Assembly (NCBI GenBank): GCA_002104945.1
Contig: MCFH01000002.1
Coordinates: 620,001 to 684,000, forward strand
From: Piromyces finnis finn
Taxonomy: Eukaryota > Fungi > Neocallimastigomycota
DNA length: 64,000 nucleotides
Reading direction: 5' to 3'
Shown: positions 51,542-64,000 of the stretch, piece by piece
Layout of the letters: each line of letters starts with the position of its first letter
How positions within the stretch are numbered: position 1 is the stretch's first letter
Translations under genes and position numbers: made by a program
The notes under the pieces: model-generated
Database searches by the model: none
Seen by the model: only the letters and a program-made list of their open reading frames with translations
Told to the model about the DNA's origin: nothing

Positions 51542-54243
51542 TTAAATTGTTGATAATTTTGCTGTTTTAACAGATTCTGGCATACGAAGATGGTAATCTT
51601 AAAAATTATATATTTATATAATTAATATAATTAACATTATTAATAATTAATATATAATAATCATTCCTATCATAAAGCATTTTATTTATATTAATTATTT
51701 ACCTCCATTTTGAGTAATGTATCTGACCCATGGGAAAGCTTGATATCCACTTTTTTCAACAACCTTTAAGTAACGTACTTGAATACCTGAAGTAGTAAAG
51801 TATGGAATTTCGAACTTAACTGAAATTGGTGGTTTCTTTTGGTTTTCATCCTCTATTGAATCACCATTTACATTAATCATAATAATTAGATAATTAGTAT
51901 TTTTGAAGAATAATAGAATTTTTGAAAAAATTATATATAAAATAAGTTAAAAAAAAAATACCATTTTTAACACTTGGAAGACCAAAGTGAGCACGAAGAA
52001 TAAATTCCTTACCACCTTGGAATTGTTTTATAGTCCATACAATAGCACTCTTTTCTGGAGCATATGATGCAGAACCCATAGAACACTTTTAATATTTTAT
52101 ATTACGCGAGTTAAATTATTAATAATTAATTAAATTTTTAATATCTCAATTTTAAGATTTTAAATTTATTTTTGAGCTAATTTTAATTACCTTGAATTTT
52201 GGAGTATCAGCATCTTCTGGAACTGGTACAGTAATAGTAACATTGTTTGCAGTTGAACGACGTTTGAATTGAGCTTTAGCCTATATATAATAATATTATA
52301 TTTTCTTACTTAATATATATATATATTAACTTTTTTTTTTTTTTTTTAATTATTATTTACCTTAATTTGATATTCAATTCTAGATCCGCTGTGGGTTTGA
52401 ACAATAACCTCAGTCCAAATTAAAGGTTTAACTTGAGTACTTAAACGGTAAGACATTAATTCAAATTCACCATCTGGTGGAATGAAAGAAATGGTACGGT
52501 TATTTTCAAATCTTGATAATCTGACACATTGATGGAATTTAACATCTTCCATTTCAATAGCCTTACTCTTTGATGAAGTGGCTTAAGGAATAATTAATTA
52601 ATTAATTATGAATTATGCATATAAAAATTTTATATAAAAGTTAATAATTGTGTTTAAGTATCTGCATTATTATCTATTTATTATTTACATATTTATTACT
52701 ATTATTATTATTATTATTGCTATTTTTTTGCTGTAAAAGAAAATAATAAACTTACTTTTACCAGCGGTTTCAAACATAACCTTATCATTTAAACCTAAAC
52801 GTAATTCTGGCATACCAGAAAGGAAACATTTCATCTTAATAGCACCGAGAATTTCACTTCTTAATACATTACCATTACTATTAACCTATTTAATCATTTA
52901 ATTTAATCATTAATATTTATATAATGTTAATATTATATCTTATTATAAAAGAAATAATTTACAGTAATTAATATAAGTAGATTGCTTATTGTGAAAAACT
53001 TACTAATAAATTAACAGATTCTATAACATCTAAGAAAACTTCATTCTTTCTGTATTTAATACCTTCAGATCTCCAAGACACGGCATTAGTAACAGCAATT
53101 GGTGGTCGTACTTGAACTTCCATTTGGTGACTTTCTTGTGTAATGTATCTTTTTTTTTTTTTTTTAAAAAAAATGAAACAAACAATAAACAATGAAATTT
53201 AATTTTGAATGTTAAATTATTATTTACAATACAATAATATATATTATTAATGAATATATACTCTTGAAGAATTTTTGATTCTGTTGTTTGAGGATAACCA
53301 AAATCCATCATTTCATCCAATAATTCATAAATAATAACAAAGTTATCACGAATAGATTCTTCTTCCAATACTTTGAAATATTCTTTAAATACCTATTTAT
53401 TATAAATATAAGCATTATTATTATGGTATTGCAATGATTTATCTGAATGTTTTATGTTTATTGATTATATCTTATAAAATTGATATTAAGAGTTTACTTC
53501 AATAAGCTTATGTAAGAATAATAATATAGTGACAGCATTGGAATTCTTCTTGGTCATTGCAAGTACTTTGTTTATTTACAAAGTTTAAAAAATACAATAT
53601 TGTTAAGGATAAATTTTGAAATGATAAATATATTTTTTATGTATAATTATTATTATGTATTTTAAAAACTTATTGAAATAAATTTTAACATTCTTTAAAA
53701 TTTAATGCAAATTAATTTTATAATTTAAAAGAAAAAATATATCTTTTTTGGCTTATGAATTTATTAAATGATTGTTTTTCCATTGATTAAAAATAAAAAT
53801 TTCATATCTAAATAATGTTGTTGTAACTCTTGTATAGTTGATTGTTTATTTATTTATTATTATTTTTTGGTTTGTATTTAAATGTTTTGATTCAATTATA
53901 TAATTATTTATCAAATAAGATTATATTCTTTCTTTTATAATTATTTTTTTTTTACTATTAAATATTAAAAGAAATGAAGTAAAATGGAAAACGATATAAA
54001 AAGATATTGAATTTTAAATATATATATATAAAGGATACAATATAAATTGTTATGTTTTACATATAAGAAATTAACACCATCTTCTGTTGACAATATAGGT
54101 GACAGCGTTTGTTCCTCTTCTTCTGCTGCTAAAACTAAAGGCATAAATTTTTCAATTTTTCTAATTGGGATATCACCTCTGTAATTTCTTGAGATGAGTA
54201 CCTTTCCTTTTAAATCTAATATGAAAATTGCTGAAGCTACCAT
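51542..54243 (-). CDS. APM1: AP-1 clathrin adaptor complex mu-1 subunit, multi-exon
   Basis: MVASAIFILDLKGKVLISRNYRGDI, EEESIRDNFVIIYELLDEMMDFGYPQTTESKILQE, PIAVTNAVSWRSEGIKYRKNEVFLDV, EDVKFHQCVRLSRFENNRTISFIPPDGEFELMSY and FEIPYFTTSGIQVRYLKVVEKSGYQAFPWVRYITQNGDYHLR are all mu1-specific. The last exon gives DYHLRMPESVKTAKLSTI*. Confidence 0.97.
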
Positions 54244-55912
54244 TTTTTTTTATATATTCTTATTTCTTTTTTAATTTATTCAATTTGTATTCCTTTAATA
54301 ATGTAAATATAAAATATAATGGATTTGTTTAATTATTTTTATTATTATTATTATTAATTTAATATCAAATTTATTTGTTTAAGAGTGATTATTTACATTT
54401 ATTTGCTTTTTCTGTATTTTTATTTTTATTTTTTTTTATTTTATTTTAAAATAAAATAAAAAAACTTTTATTATTAATTTTATTTACTTTTTTTTGTTTT
54501 TATTATATTTAATTTTTATGTTTTTTTTTTAATATTTAATTATAAAGTAATTTTTATTAAAATATATTAAAAAATTATTATTATATAGTAACTATATAAA
54601 AAATCTTTTGTTTATTATAATAATTAAAATTAAAAACAAATTTATATGTTACATACATAATACGTTCATTATTAATATTTCCAATAGATTTTGATACAAT
54701 CTATTCTTCAGACAATAATGTAATATGTAATTATAAAATAATTATTTAGAAAAAAAAAAGCATTAAATATTTCTTTTATATTTTGTCATGCTATCATTGC
54801 TTATTATTATATACTGATATTTATAAATTATATAGTTAACTATTTCTCTAATTTATAGTAGTTATTCATTATTTTGGAATGATTACTATAAATTATTCAT
54901 ATTCATATTTATATTTCTAACCCATAAATTCATAATAAATTTGATAAATAATTATTGACTATCACGTGTATATAATCACATTCTATAAAAGTAAGCCATA
55001 ATTATTTATTAATTTATTATATAGTTTACTTTTCGATTTTTGTTTTTGTAGGGATTTTTTAAATTATTTATTTTAAAAAAAAAAAATAGTGAAGAATATA
55101 TAATAGTATTCACTATATTTAATTTTCTTTTACTTTAATTATATATGCCAAGTTGATTTGGTTTGTAATGCTAATAATATAAAGTTTTTTTTAAATAGAT
55201 ATTAAGTATATCTTCATAAATTATAAATAATACTAGCCTATTTATAATTATATAAAAAAAGCTTTTTAATCAATATTTTCCCTTAAAATCTAATTAAATA
55301 TAATTTCATGTTTCAAAATGTCATAAATTTATGTCTTCTTCCCTTTTTTAATTTATTATTAATAAACAGATTTTAATAAAAAAATCACTTATTTTTTTGT
55401 GTAATTTTTTTTTTTTTAAATAAAAAAAAACAAGATATTGTTTGTATGATGAAATAAATTAAAAAAAGAAGAAGGAAAAGAAAAATAAAATAAAGCAATA
55501 TAACAGCAATAATATTATAAAACAATGATAAATAATTAAACAATCATATAATAACTATTTATTAGATATTAAATAATTAAATACTTGTTCCAAATAGTAA
55601 ATAATAAATTGTCTAATAATATACTTTTTTTTTTTTTTTTTAAAAAAAAAAAATAAATTCATAAAATAAAAAAAGATTCTTATTAAAAACAAGTAAAATA
55701 TTTATTTATATTTAAATAGATTATTAAAGTAAAATATAGCAATAAATAATAATAAATATAAATACAAACAATAATTAAAGCCATAAGAGAAAAAAATAAG
55801 AAAGAAAAAGTAAATAAAATTGAAAATTTCAGATTAAACAAATTATTTTTTTTATACAAAAAATAATAAAATATAAATAGAAACTATTCAAGATATAGTA
55901 TAATATAATAAA

Positions 55913-58761
55913 ATGAAACAAAATATAATAATACTAAAAACAAAATCTTTTTTAAAGCATTGTAAATTAAATATAGATTATTGGCTATTGAAAGGTATAA
56001 AAATATGATATAAAATTTTTAAGTATTAATAATAATTAAATTAATATTTTACATATTATACAATTGTTGTATTGATGATAAAAAATTTATATCAAAAGGA
56101 ACCAGAGGGAAAAGAATAATAGTATTATCCATTCTTTTCTTAATATCCATATTTAGTGGGATATTTTCCATATTTAAATACAATCATTCCGGGAATATCG
56201 CAAAAATTGAAGTATTAGATAATTCAAGCAGTAATTGGGATAAATTTAGAAACTATGGTATTGTTGTAGATGCTGGAAGTTCGGGCTCAAGAGTTCAATT
56301 ATATTCTTGGAGAGATACAAATTATTTACAAACTGCATTCTACCAACATAATTTAACATTTAGTCAATTAGATGGCATTAACAATGATGGTTTACCTTTA
56401 ATTGAAAAGGGGGTGAGAGAAGGAGATAACTGGCAATATAAAATCAACAGAGGTAAGAAGACAATATACATATTTAAATAATTATAAAATAATTAATTAT
56501 TTTTTTGGTGGTAATTCTAAATATTAATTAATTAATATATATGAATTAATATATTTATTATCAATTATTATTATTAATTCTTCTTGTATTACTTTGCAAA
56601 TAATCATAAAAATAATTTATATAAAATAATTAAAAATAATTATTCTCTTTTCAAAAAAGGTATTTCAACATTTAAAGATGCACCTGAAGAAGTTGGACCT
56701 AAGCATATTAAATTATTAATGGATCCACTTTTAAACATCATACCGGCAGAAAAAATAAGCTCAACACCAGTATATATATATGCAACAGCTGGTATGCGTT
56801 TACTTAAAGATAATGAAAGAAATGCAATTTTATCAGAAGCATGTTTATATTTAAAAAAGAATTATAATTTTTTAGTTGAAGATTGTAGTAAACAAATTAT
56901 TAACATTTCTGGTGAAGAAGAAGGTTTATATGGATGGCTCGGATTAAATTATTTAAAGAATGGATTTTCAATGTCCACTACCGAGAAAAAATCAAATAAT
57001 AATCAAAATATAATACCATCCTATGGGGTATTGGATATGGGAGGTGCTTCAACTCAAATAGCATATGATATATCTTCATTTGTCGACAAACCATCAAAGG
57101 AAGAAAATGTAATTAAAACAGAACTCCATAAAATTACAGGTGAAAAAACAACATATAATGTTTATTCTACCACATTTTTAGGTTTTGGTATGAATGAAAC
57201 TCGTAGAAGATATTTAGAAGCATTAGTAAAAAGGGGTATTAACTATGTATTTGAAAATTTTGATCTTCAAAAAGAAAAGAGATCAAATTCTAAATCACCA
57301 ATTCCTAAGACTAATCATCAAAATGATGAATTAAATAGTTCAAACTCCAAATCACCAATGCCAAGTGCTTCATATTATCAAATTACAGAACAAAAGAATT
57401 CTGTAGCAAAGTCACCACTTCCAAGTACAACTGATCATCAAGAAAAGAATATTCCGAACAAATCCATGGGTAATTCAGAATCAATCATTAATAAAGACGA
57501 AAATATTGAAGAACTTAGTAATAAAGTTATAAATGATAATGGGTTAAATGGAGAGTTTAAAATCAAGTTAGATACTAAAACATCTGAAAAGTATTATGAA
57601 TTAGTTATTCATGATCCTTGTCTTCCATTGAATGCCAAACAAAATGAATTTAAACCTATTGACTTAATACCCCTTGAAGAGGATTACGATATTAGTGATT
57701 GGAGAGTAGATATGAAAGGTACAGGGGATCTTGATAAATGTATGTCGGATGTTTATCCATTATTAAATAAGACAGAGCCATGTAAGAACGAGCCATGCCT
57801 TTTCAATGGTGTACATACACCAGTAAGTGATTTTTCAAAGATGCCATTCTATGGTATTAGTGAATATTGGTATACTAGTCATGATGTTCATAAGCAAGGC
57901 GGTGCCTATAATTATGATAAATTTTATAATTCTGCAAAGAATTTATGTAACACCAACTGGGAAATATTAGATAATAATTATAAAGATGGTCAATATTCCC
58001 TAATATATGATGAATATCTTTTATTTTTAAGTTGTTTTCGTAGTGCATGGGTTATGACTGTTTTACACGATGGTATTGGTATTACAAAAAGTCCTACATT
58101 TAGTAAGAGAGATTTATTTAATAAAACAAGGATAGAAGACGCCAATCAAACTCAAGAAGACATCAACAATATTTTATTAAATAGTAGAGCCACGATTCCT
58201 GAGAGCAAAGAAGAATTAATACCATTTACTACTATAAACGAATATAATGGATATCAGGTATCATGGACACTTGGTGTTATTCTTAATTTCATTTGTTCAA
58301 CGATTAGTGAATCACTTGATTACATTGATTTTGGTCCAAGTAAAGAATTTACGTTAACAGTATTTTTATTTGGAATGACAAGTATAGTTGCGATGATAGC
58401 CGTCATTAGTCTTATTTTATATTTTAAATATGGCAATCAAAGACTACAATACACAGAAATTCTACCTGTTTACGATAATTCTAGTAAAAGCAAATTAAAG
58501 AATAGATATAGAGAAGTTATTTCTCTTGAGAATATTACAAATAATAATATGAAAATGAAACCCTCTGAAAGTTTTAACTCTGTAAGAGTTTCTAATTCAT
58601 CCATGGCATCAAATCCAAAAATTACAAATATAATTACAAAAGAACTTCCATTTAGAGTTAATAGTGATCTTCAACAATATTTAAGTGGTGAAGGAACACC
58701 CAATGAACTTAAACGTGTTAACAGTTTTACAATGATGAAAAAAAATTCAGATATAGTATAG
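55913..58761 (+). CDS. YND1: GDA1/CD39-family nucleoside phosphatase (Golgi apyrase Ynd1/ENTPD4-like) with N- and C-terminal TM segments
   Basis: All five apyrase conserved regions are present: YGIVVDAGSSGSRV (exon ~56098-56452), ATAGMRLL, ISGEEEGLYGWLGLNY, DMGGASTQI and VSWTLG. There is a TM at RIIVLSILFLISIFSGIFSIF, and a second TM at VFLFGMTSIVAMIAVISLILYF followed by a cytosolic tail. The start at 55913 is tentative, and the ORF-track start at 56584 lies in an intron. Confidence 0.9.
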
Positions 58762-61490
58762 ACATACAATTTTTAAATTCATATTTTATCCTAATTCTAT
58801 ACAAATATTTTTTTTCTCAAAAAATGAAATTAAAAAAAAAAAAAAAAAAGATATACGATTGAATAGAATAAATAGAAAAAAAAAAAAAAGGTAGTAAATC
58901 ACATTTCATAATCAACAAAAAATATATAAAATTTTTTATATTATTTTTATATCCTATCTTTTTTTTTTTTTTATTATTATACAACCTTTTTTCTTTTTCT
59001 ATAGATAAAAAAAAAGAAAGATCAAAGCATCCAACCATATTTATAATCAATAATATCTATATTTAATTTTAAGTGATAAACATAATAATATCAAAATAAA
59101 CAAACAACAAGCAAATATTTTTTTTTAAAAAACTTTACCATTTGATATTATTGTTTATTATAGTTATAACACATTATATATAAATGAAAAAAAAAAAAAA
59201 AAATAGCAATAATTAAAAAAAACTATCATAGCCTTTATATATACCATAAAACATAAATTTAATTAAAACAAAATAAAAAAAACTTTAAATTAACCCTTTT
59301 TATTATAGAATACTTTTTTATTTAACGAACCTATAATGATTTTTTTTTTTTTTTTTTGAAATGATATTACTATAGTAGATAAAAAAAAAAAAAAAAAAAG
59401 CTATGTATAATTTTGATCAATTTCTTTAATTTTATCATAATGACTAAAAACGTTTAATATTAAAATTTTCATTACTCATAAGTTTTTATATAAATTAAAC
59501 TTTTTTAATATAAACTTTGGATTAAAAAATATTTAATGGCAAAAGTGAAATTTTTTATTTTTTTTTTTGAAATATTAAAAACTTTTTTTTATCAATTCAT
59601 AATAGTAAATTAGAAATGAGATAGTATGATTAATTTATATTCCAATTTATTAAATATCATATTAATTCTTTATAAATAAATTTTTTTTTTTTAAATAAAT
59701 TTTGATTATATCTGAAAAATCTTTTTTTAATAAGATAATAAAACAAATTGAACTAATTTTACTATTATTAACTGACGATTAATACTTTTTTTTTTTATGC
59801 TTACATTAGCATTGTAATAAATCCCTTGTATGGAAATTCCCTTTATATAATTTCAAATAAAAAGCAAAAAAAAAAAAAAAATATTATTTTATTATATTAA
59901 TATGTCACAAATAATGATTTTATTATATCATATAGGCAATTATAGTATTTTTTTTTTTTTTTTTGGTTAAGAGTCTTATTGGAGTTTGTTTTAAATGATA
60001 AATAAATGGGTGACAAATATTTTAAACTAATTACATGTTTAAATCAATATTTTAAGTACATTTTAATAAATTTGTAATGTTAATATCTATTTTTAATATT
60101 ATATTTTGTAATGTATTATATCATATATTAAATTATAAAAAATGAAACTATCCAATATAAATGTATTAAACTTTTTTTACAATAATAAAGTCAAAAAGAA
60201 CGGGTACATTATTTGTGGCATTTTATATAATATCTATTTAATTTTATATATTACAATAAATATATTATATTTACTAATTATATATGATTTACTTAGTATT
60301 CATTTAATTCAAAAAAAAAGAAGAAATTAATTAAAAATACTACTATCATAATATTAATTAATATATTACATAATATAGTTAGAATTGAGATTTTATTAAA
60401 AATTCAATATATAATGTTAATATAATTAAATAATACTATTAATATATTATGATAATATTATTTTTAAATATACTATATTGAAAAATATAATTATCTTAAT
60501 ATATTATAATTAAATAGATTAATTATAATTAATATATGAATTTATAATTTTAATATCTAAAAAGTATTTCTTAAATTTAATATATAATTATATAAATAAA
60601 TAAATAAAAAAGGGATTTTAATTATAAATTAAGTTTATATATATAAAAATTTGAATATATTATTATTAACAAAATTTTAATATCCTTTTAGTTCCTTATT
60701 AATAATTAATAATAGTAAAAAAAAAAAAAAATTCTTGTAATAATTTACCATTAAATAATTATATTAAATAATTATTGTGAAAAAAAAACCTAATCTTAAT
60801 ATTTATAATTTTTGCATAATCATAAAGATATATAAAATTAAAATTTCGTTTTTTTTTTTTAAAAAAATATTAAGATAAATTTTAAATAAAAGCATCTTTT
60901 TTTTTAAAAAAAATAAAAAAAAAAAAAAGAGAAAAAATATAGATTATAAAATCTTTTATAATTACTTTTAATAAATAAATAATGTAAGAGAAATTATAAT
61001 ATTTTTTTTAAATAATAAATATATTTGCATAATAATATATAATCAAAATAAAATAAAACAAAAATAATTATAAAAAGGAAGAATATTAATCCAAATCAAA
61101 ATAAAGGAAATAATAATTTTATTATCATCAGTAATAAAAAGTAAATAAATAAAATCAATCTATTTCAATAAAAAAAATAAAAGAGGAAAAAGGAAAATAA
61201 AAATAGAAAATTTGATAGAAATAAACTAAAACTCAGTAATGTAGATATACCTAATATTATGACAAAGACAATACAAATAAAGTATATTCCAATAAACAAA
61301 TATATATATAATTCATATTTATAAAATATAATATCATAAAAATAATTTAATCAAATATAAACAAGGATTAATATTTTAAAATTAAATATATAATAAAAAG
61401 AATAATTTAAATATTATTTTATTTTTTATTAAAAAGAAAATAACAAATTGGAAAACTAAATATTACTATTATATATAATAGATATAAAAA

Positions 61491-62036
61491 ATGCAAAGAC
61501 AACAAATGGGTATGGGAGGTAGCTCCTTAAACAGATCAAAATCAAAGCAAGCTGGAAGTCAACCAGCTCCATCCCGTGTTGAACCAAAGGTTTACTTCGC
61601 CAATGAAAGAACTTTCCTTTCTTGGACACATACTGGTATCTTATTAGCTGGTTTATCATTAACTATTTTAGGTAATTAAATGCTTTAAAATTAATAAATA
61701 ATAGGCAGTAATTTATGCAAATAATGTGTATAGGTGTTAATTTTTATTTTATAATAAAAAATAAACTTAAAAAAATTAAAAAATAAACAAAAATAAATAG
61801 CTTTCGGTAATGTTGTTGCTAGAGTTGGTGGTACTTTATTCTCTGCAGTTGGTATTATCTTTATTGGTTATGCCTTAATTAGATACAGATGGAGAGTTAA
61901 TATGATTAAAGAAAAGCACCCAGGACCATACGATGACCGTTACGGACCATACTTATTAACCGGTTTCTTAATTCCAGTTGTCATATTGAATTTATTCTTG
62001 TCATTCAGAGAATTAGATAATTCATACTGTTTCTAA
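61491..62036 (+). CDS. VTC1: Vacuolar transporter chaperone Vtc1 (DUF202, polyphosphate polymerase complex), 2 exons
   Basis: [17 protein letters not shown]..., intron 61672-61800, then [11 protein letters not shown]...[22 protein letters not shown]. These are the Vtc1 hallmark motifs [14 protein letters not shown] and GPYDD..GP. Confidence 0.95.
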
Positions 62037-64000
62037 GTAAAACAAAGTCCAAGTCATCATATCATATATACTTAAAACAGAAAGAAAATACAAAAAAAAA
62101 ATTAAAAAAAAAAAAAAAAACCAAATAATATCTTATAAAATTTTAATAACGCAATATTAAAAAATGAATATTATCTCTAATATTTATATATTTTGTCATT
62201 AATAAAAATTAAAAAAATCAAAAAATCTAAAAAATACAAAATAATTAACCTACATTTAAAATATCTTCATTTTAATACATATATAAATAAAATATTTAGT
62301 ATTTAAATAATGTAAAAGTTATTTTTTTTTAATTTACATATAATTAATCTATATAATTGTTAAAATATATATAATATATATTAATTTATTTAAATAAAAA
62401 GTTAAATAATTCAATTTTTTTTATTTTTTTTTATTTTCGACTTTATACATAATATTTTGTACAATATATTTTATTTATTTAAATTAAAAGTAATTATAAA
62501 GTATAGTTTAATTGTAAATGTGAAAAAAAGAAAGAAGTTAAGGAATAATCTTTATTAATAAAAATAAAACAAAAATAAAACTATACAAAAATATAATTGT
62601 ATTAATTTATAATTGTTAACTTTTTTTTAGGTCATATATAATTTTACTTCCAATACATGTTACTTTCTTTTCCATTTAAATTTTTGAATATATATAAAAC
62701 TAATTATTATTTTTTTTTTTTAAAAAAAAAAAAATTACCTTACAAGTATAAATAGAATAATAATTTTTTTTTTTTTTTTATAATTATTTATATTTCAATT
62801 ATTGAAAGACAATGTAGCAAAATTGAAATGTTTTTATTAGAGAATTACTTTTTATATATATATATTAAATTCATAAAAATTTCTTTATATTTTTTATTTA
62901 TACATAAAAGAGTTTAATGGATTGAAGTTTATTTTTATGTTATTTATCCTTCCATATTATTAATAATTTTATATATAAATATAAAACAAAAATGAAAATC
63001 TAAAAAAAATATTAATTATTTATTCCTTGATTTATATATATATATCAAATATATCAAATAACCTCTCTCTTTATTATTATTTTTTTTTTAAATAAATTCA
63101 TAATCATATTTGTAAAAAAAAGTCTTTTGAATTAATATTATATAATATATGGTATGTTGTCTAAATAGCATGGTAAAAGAAAAAAAAAACTCTAAATGAA
63201 CTAGTTGTAATTAAAATCTATGTCTTATTTAAAATTGCCTAAAAATTTTGTAACTATAAATTTTATTATATGTATGATACACATTAGCTAATAATCCTAG
63301 ATATTATAATTCGTAAAAAGAAACATAGATTATATATTAATCCAATCATTTAATGTTAATCACATGATTGTTTTTAAATTTTTAATGATTATTTTATAGA
63401 CGATTGGTTTAGTTTATTAATATAATCTTTATTAATTATTTTATATATTTATTGATTTTATACATAATTAAATCCATATATTACAAATAAACATTAATTA
63501 ATGTAAATGTAAATTATTAATAGATTTATGTTTCATTAATAAAGCATTTAAATTTGATGTTATAGACAAGATCCTTATAATATATATTAATTATATATAA
63601 TAAAAAAATGAATATATATATTATCAATATACATAAAATATATTTAAAAAATTTCTGAAAAAATTTAATCAATATTTAGATATCTTATTGAAGAATATAA
63701 TGTAAATAAACAATTATAAATATTCAAAGTCATCATATTTAATTATATTATTTAATAAATTTATTAGAAATTTACATATTTTTTCATTACCGTTTTTCTT
63801 TTATTATTTATATTTTCATTAAAGAGATTTTATATTCATAATATATATATACACATAATATTTCTATATTCTGTTCATCATTATATTTATTTATAATATT
63901 GAAAAGATAAGAAATTAAAGGAAATATATAGAAGAGTATATATTGTTTTTAATAAGTAAAACATTAGTTATAAAATTTCAACATCAATTCGATAAAAAAA

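Noticed and set aside
51571-51620. Extra plus-strand terminal exon for the Ste50-like gene after ttttaacag
   Set aside because: The sequence is fully explained as the last AP-1 mu exon on the minus strand.
60142-60330. Short AT-rich ORFs such as 60142-60330, 58817-59050, 51229-51444 and 36791-36991
   Set aside because: Ile/Leu/Phe/Tyr/Asn/Lys-biased products expected by chance in very AT-rich DNA, with no motifs.

Overview
Extremely AT-rich eukaryotic DNA with short GT-AG introns, long homopolymer tracts and many microsatellites. It carries fungal-type genes (Mvp1, Vtc1, Ste50-like, Get1, Ynd1) together with the flagellar gene MORN5. That mix suggests a zoosporic fungus, most likely an anaerobic gut fungus (Neocallimastigomycota); this assignment is inference. 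I can reconstruct eleven host genes by hand-splicing: a Sel1-repeat protein, MORN5, a YccU-like CoA-binding protein, SAGA Ada1/Hfi1, a very large tetraspanin, Get1, Mvp1/SNX8, a Ste50/Ubc2-like SAM-RA-SH3-SH3 adaptor, AP-1 mu, a Ynd1/CD39 apyrase and Vtc1. The most notable element is a complete, apparently very young Ty3/Gypsy LTR retrotransposon (18411-25363). Its two 419-bp LTRs look identical by eye, it has a CATC target-site duplication and an 18-nt tRNA-Ala-type PBS, and pol lies in the -1 frame of gag. At the gag/pol junction there is an in-phase U_UUA_AAU slippery site followed by a predicted H-type pseudoknot. The element also has an atypical DSC protease motif, a leader copy of the pseudoknot arm, and a codon-skew switch before the integrase. 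The best host-gene candidate for novelty is the tetraspanin, whose large extracellular loop holds a ~240-aa mucin-like insertion with two Lys-Arg sites. There is no CRISPR array or rRNA, and no convincing tRNA gene. All coordinates and translations were read by eye and no database searches were run.
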